Shown here piece after piece: positions 61,483 to 64,000 of a DNA stretch of 64,000 nt. Every line of letters starts with the position of its first letter. The first letter of the stretch is position 1. Both the position numbers and the translations under genes were made by a program. The DNA lies in contig NIVC01003418.1 of the NCBI GenBank assembly GCA_002269645.1, forward strand, positions 9,758-73,757, in the 5' to 3' direction. The notes beneath the pieces are model-generated. The model was not told where the DNA came from and did not search any database. It saw only the letters and a program-made list of their open reading frames with translations. Origin of the DNA: Macrostomum lignano (taxonomy: Eukaryota).

Positions 61483-64000
61483 TTAGACTCTAGTCTGATA
61501 GGGGAAGGCAAATGACGGGCCACTGCTTGACAATGATGCTGCATTTGATGAAGTTGCTTGCGGAGTTGTTTTCCTGTTGGGAAGCTGAGTTCCACGTACA
61601 TCTGTAATTTTAGCACAGATATACAGGTGCATTTGGGGAAAGGTGTGAGAATCCTGTATAAACTTGTATAAAAATCCTGTTTTAGCCTAAGATCTACTCT
61701 AATCCTGTAACCCCATCTACTCTAATCCTGTGACCCATCTACTCTTTTCCTGTAACCCCATCTACTCTTTTCCTGTAACCCCATCTACTCTTTTCCTGTA
61801 ACCCCATCTACTCTAATCCTGTGACCCATCTACTCTTTTCCTGTAACCCCATCTACTCTAATCCTGTGACCCATCTACTCTTTTCCTGTAACCCCATCTA
61901 CTCTAATCCTGTGACCCATCTACTTGAATCCTGTGACCCCCATCTACTCTATTCCTGTGATCCCATCTACTCTAATCCTGTGATCCCATCTACTCTAATC
62001 CTGTGACCCATCTACTCTATTCCTGTGATCCCATCTACTCTAACCCTGTGACCCATCTACTCTAACCCTGTGATCCCATCTACTTGAATCCTGTGATCCC
62101 ATCTACTCTAATCCTGTGATCCCATCTACTCTAATTCTGTGATCCCATCTACTCTAACCCTGTAACCCATCTACTCTTTTCCTGTAACCCCATCTACTCT
62201 AATCCTGTGACCCATCTACTCTTTTCCTGTAACCCCATCTACTCTAATCCTGTGACCCATCTACTTGAATCCTGTGACCCCCATCTACTCTATTCCTGTG
62301 ATCCCATCTACTCTAATCCTGTGATCCCATCTACTCTAATCCTGTGACCCATCTACTCTATTCCTGTGATCCCATCTACTCTAACCCTGTGACCCATCTA
62401 CTCTAACCCTGTGATCCCATCTACTTGAATCCTGTGATCCCATCTACTCTAATCCTGTGATCCCATCTACTCTAATTCTGTGATCCCATCTACTCTAACC
62501 CTGTAACCCATCTACTCTTTTCCTGTAACCCCATCTACTCTAACCCTGTAACCCCATCTACTCTAATCTTGTGACCCCAACTAACCTCTGCTGTGATTCG
62601 CCAGCAACGCAGCTTCAAGCAGTTCAACTCGACCCTGCCGACTGCGGCCATTGGATTCGAGCATTCGTTGCCTCCTTGGAAACTCGTTTTCGAATCGGCC
62701 AGTCGCAGACTGTCGAGCTGCCACTCTGGCTCCAGATGAGCGATGGGCATCCCCGTTGCGATCTGTTGAGGAAGTTCACGGAAGAATGAAGTTGCAGATG
62801 AGTTGGGATCTTGGAATTCTGATATTACAGTTGAAATAAAACATTTTATTGAAATTGAAGTAAAGAGTGTGCCATGGTTGCAGTTGCAGGTGGAATAGGA
62901 TGATTGGAATACAATGGATGGGATAATTAGAATCCAGGAAGATGGGATAATTAGTTATCCAGGTAGATGGGATGATTAGAACCCAGATAGATGGGATAAT
63001 TAGAATCAAGGCAGATAGGATAATTAGAATCCAGGTAGATGGGATAATTAGAATCCAGGTAGATGGGATAATTAGAATCCAGATAGATGGGATAATTAGA
63101 ATCCAGATAGATAGGATAATTAGAACCCAGATAGATGGGATAATTAGAACCCAGATAGATGGGATAATTAGAATCCAGATAGATGGGATAATTAGAATCC
63201 AGATAGATGGGATAATTAGAACCCAGATAGATGGGATAATTAGAATCCAGGTAGATGGGATAATTAGAACCCAGGTAGATGGGATAATTAGAATCCAGAT
63301 AGATGGGATAATTAGAATCCAGATAGATGGGATAATTAGAATCCAGATAGATGGGATAATTAGAACCCAGATAGATGGGATAATTAGAATCCAGATAGAT
63401 GGGATAATTAGAATCCAGATAGATGGGATAATTAGAATCCAGGTAGATGGAATAATTAGAATCCAGATAGATGGGATAATTAGAACCCAGGTAGATGGGA
63501 TAAAAAGAACCCAGGTAGATGGGATAAAAAGAACCCAAGTCCATATCCCCAGCCAGCTACCTTCGCCATCCAGCAAGCCCATGGGCTCAGCCTCAGTCTC
63601 CGGTCGCTGTACAGCACCATCGCTGCCAGCTGGCCGCGCGCGGGAGGAACCGGCGGCGGCCCGGCGCCGGAGGCCGCACAGGCAGGCCACGCAGGCGGTG
63701 GTGCGACAAGCAGCAGACAGAGGCTGATCAGCCAGGCACCGCGGCCATTCAACAGAGCAGCGGCTGCGGCTGCGGCGTCGAGTCTCCGCCATCGTCCGTC
63801 GCCAACGCCGGCGTTAACGCCAAGGTCCGAGGTTCGAACCCGGGCCCAGTTGGCGAAAGCTACGCCGCCCGGAGTGGCGACGCGAACCTCGTACCACGCA
63901 CCGGCTCGAGGCCGTCAATCAGCAGCCAGGAGCGCCGCGCTCTCGCGCCTGGTCTCTCAGCCAGCGATTTCGAATCTTTCTTAGTAGAATCGCTATTTAT
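61483..64000 (-). CDS. 3' part of a type I membrane receptor/adhesion protein: FN3 domain, TM helix, cytoplasmic tail ending QTRV; two apparent 1-bp frameshifts
   Basis: Exon 64000-63561 reads SWLLIDGLEP[fs]AWYEVRVATPGGVAFANWARVRTSD...AWLISLCLLLVA[fs]TTACVACLCGLRRR. Exons 62762-62586 and 61601-61483 join in phase 1 with GT-AG ends and finish ...FAFPYQTRV*. Confidence 0.68.
61690..62575. repeat. About 22-bp intronic minisatellite
   Basis: Unit CCCATCTACTCTAATCCTGTGA. Confidence 0.94.
62920..63540. repeat. 24-bp intronic minisatellite
   Basis: Unit GATGGGATAATTAGAATCCAGATA. Confidence 0.95.

Noticed and set aside
62630-62760. Chitin-binding-like CP...CDWP pattern in one minus frame
   Set aside because: That frame stops shortly after; a different frame fits the splice phases on both sides.

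Overview
Repeat-rich invertebrate (metazoan) genomic DNA with spliced genes, GC-rich exons and minisatellite-filled introns. The style resembles a free-living flatworm such as Macrostomum, which is an unverified inference. Genes, left to right: two tandem intronless DUF1294-type membrane proteins; a myosin regulatory light chain; and a cluster of 8 intronless secreted C-type lectin + PAN/Apple genes (5 intact, 1 damaged, 2 pseudogene pieces) with two sigma-type GSTs embedded in it. These are followed by an ankyrin-repeat DHHC palmitoyltransferase (ZDHHC13/17-like) and the 3' end of an FN3-transmembrane receptor ending in a PDZ-binding motif. Mobile DNA includes two tRNA-derived SINE families, an RNase H-bearing LINE remnant, a Gypsy integrase remnant, a piggyBac element hit by a 103-bp mariner-type MITE, hAT and other MITEs, and a probable Crypton remnant. 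Two observations stand out. The lectin family has nucleotide-identical flanks around a hypervariable sugar-binding loop, plus mosaic and pseudogene copies. The DHHC gene has two phase-matched, apparently mutually exclusive exons encoding the post-DHHC transmembrane hairpin. All calls are by eye from the sequence; no database searches were run.
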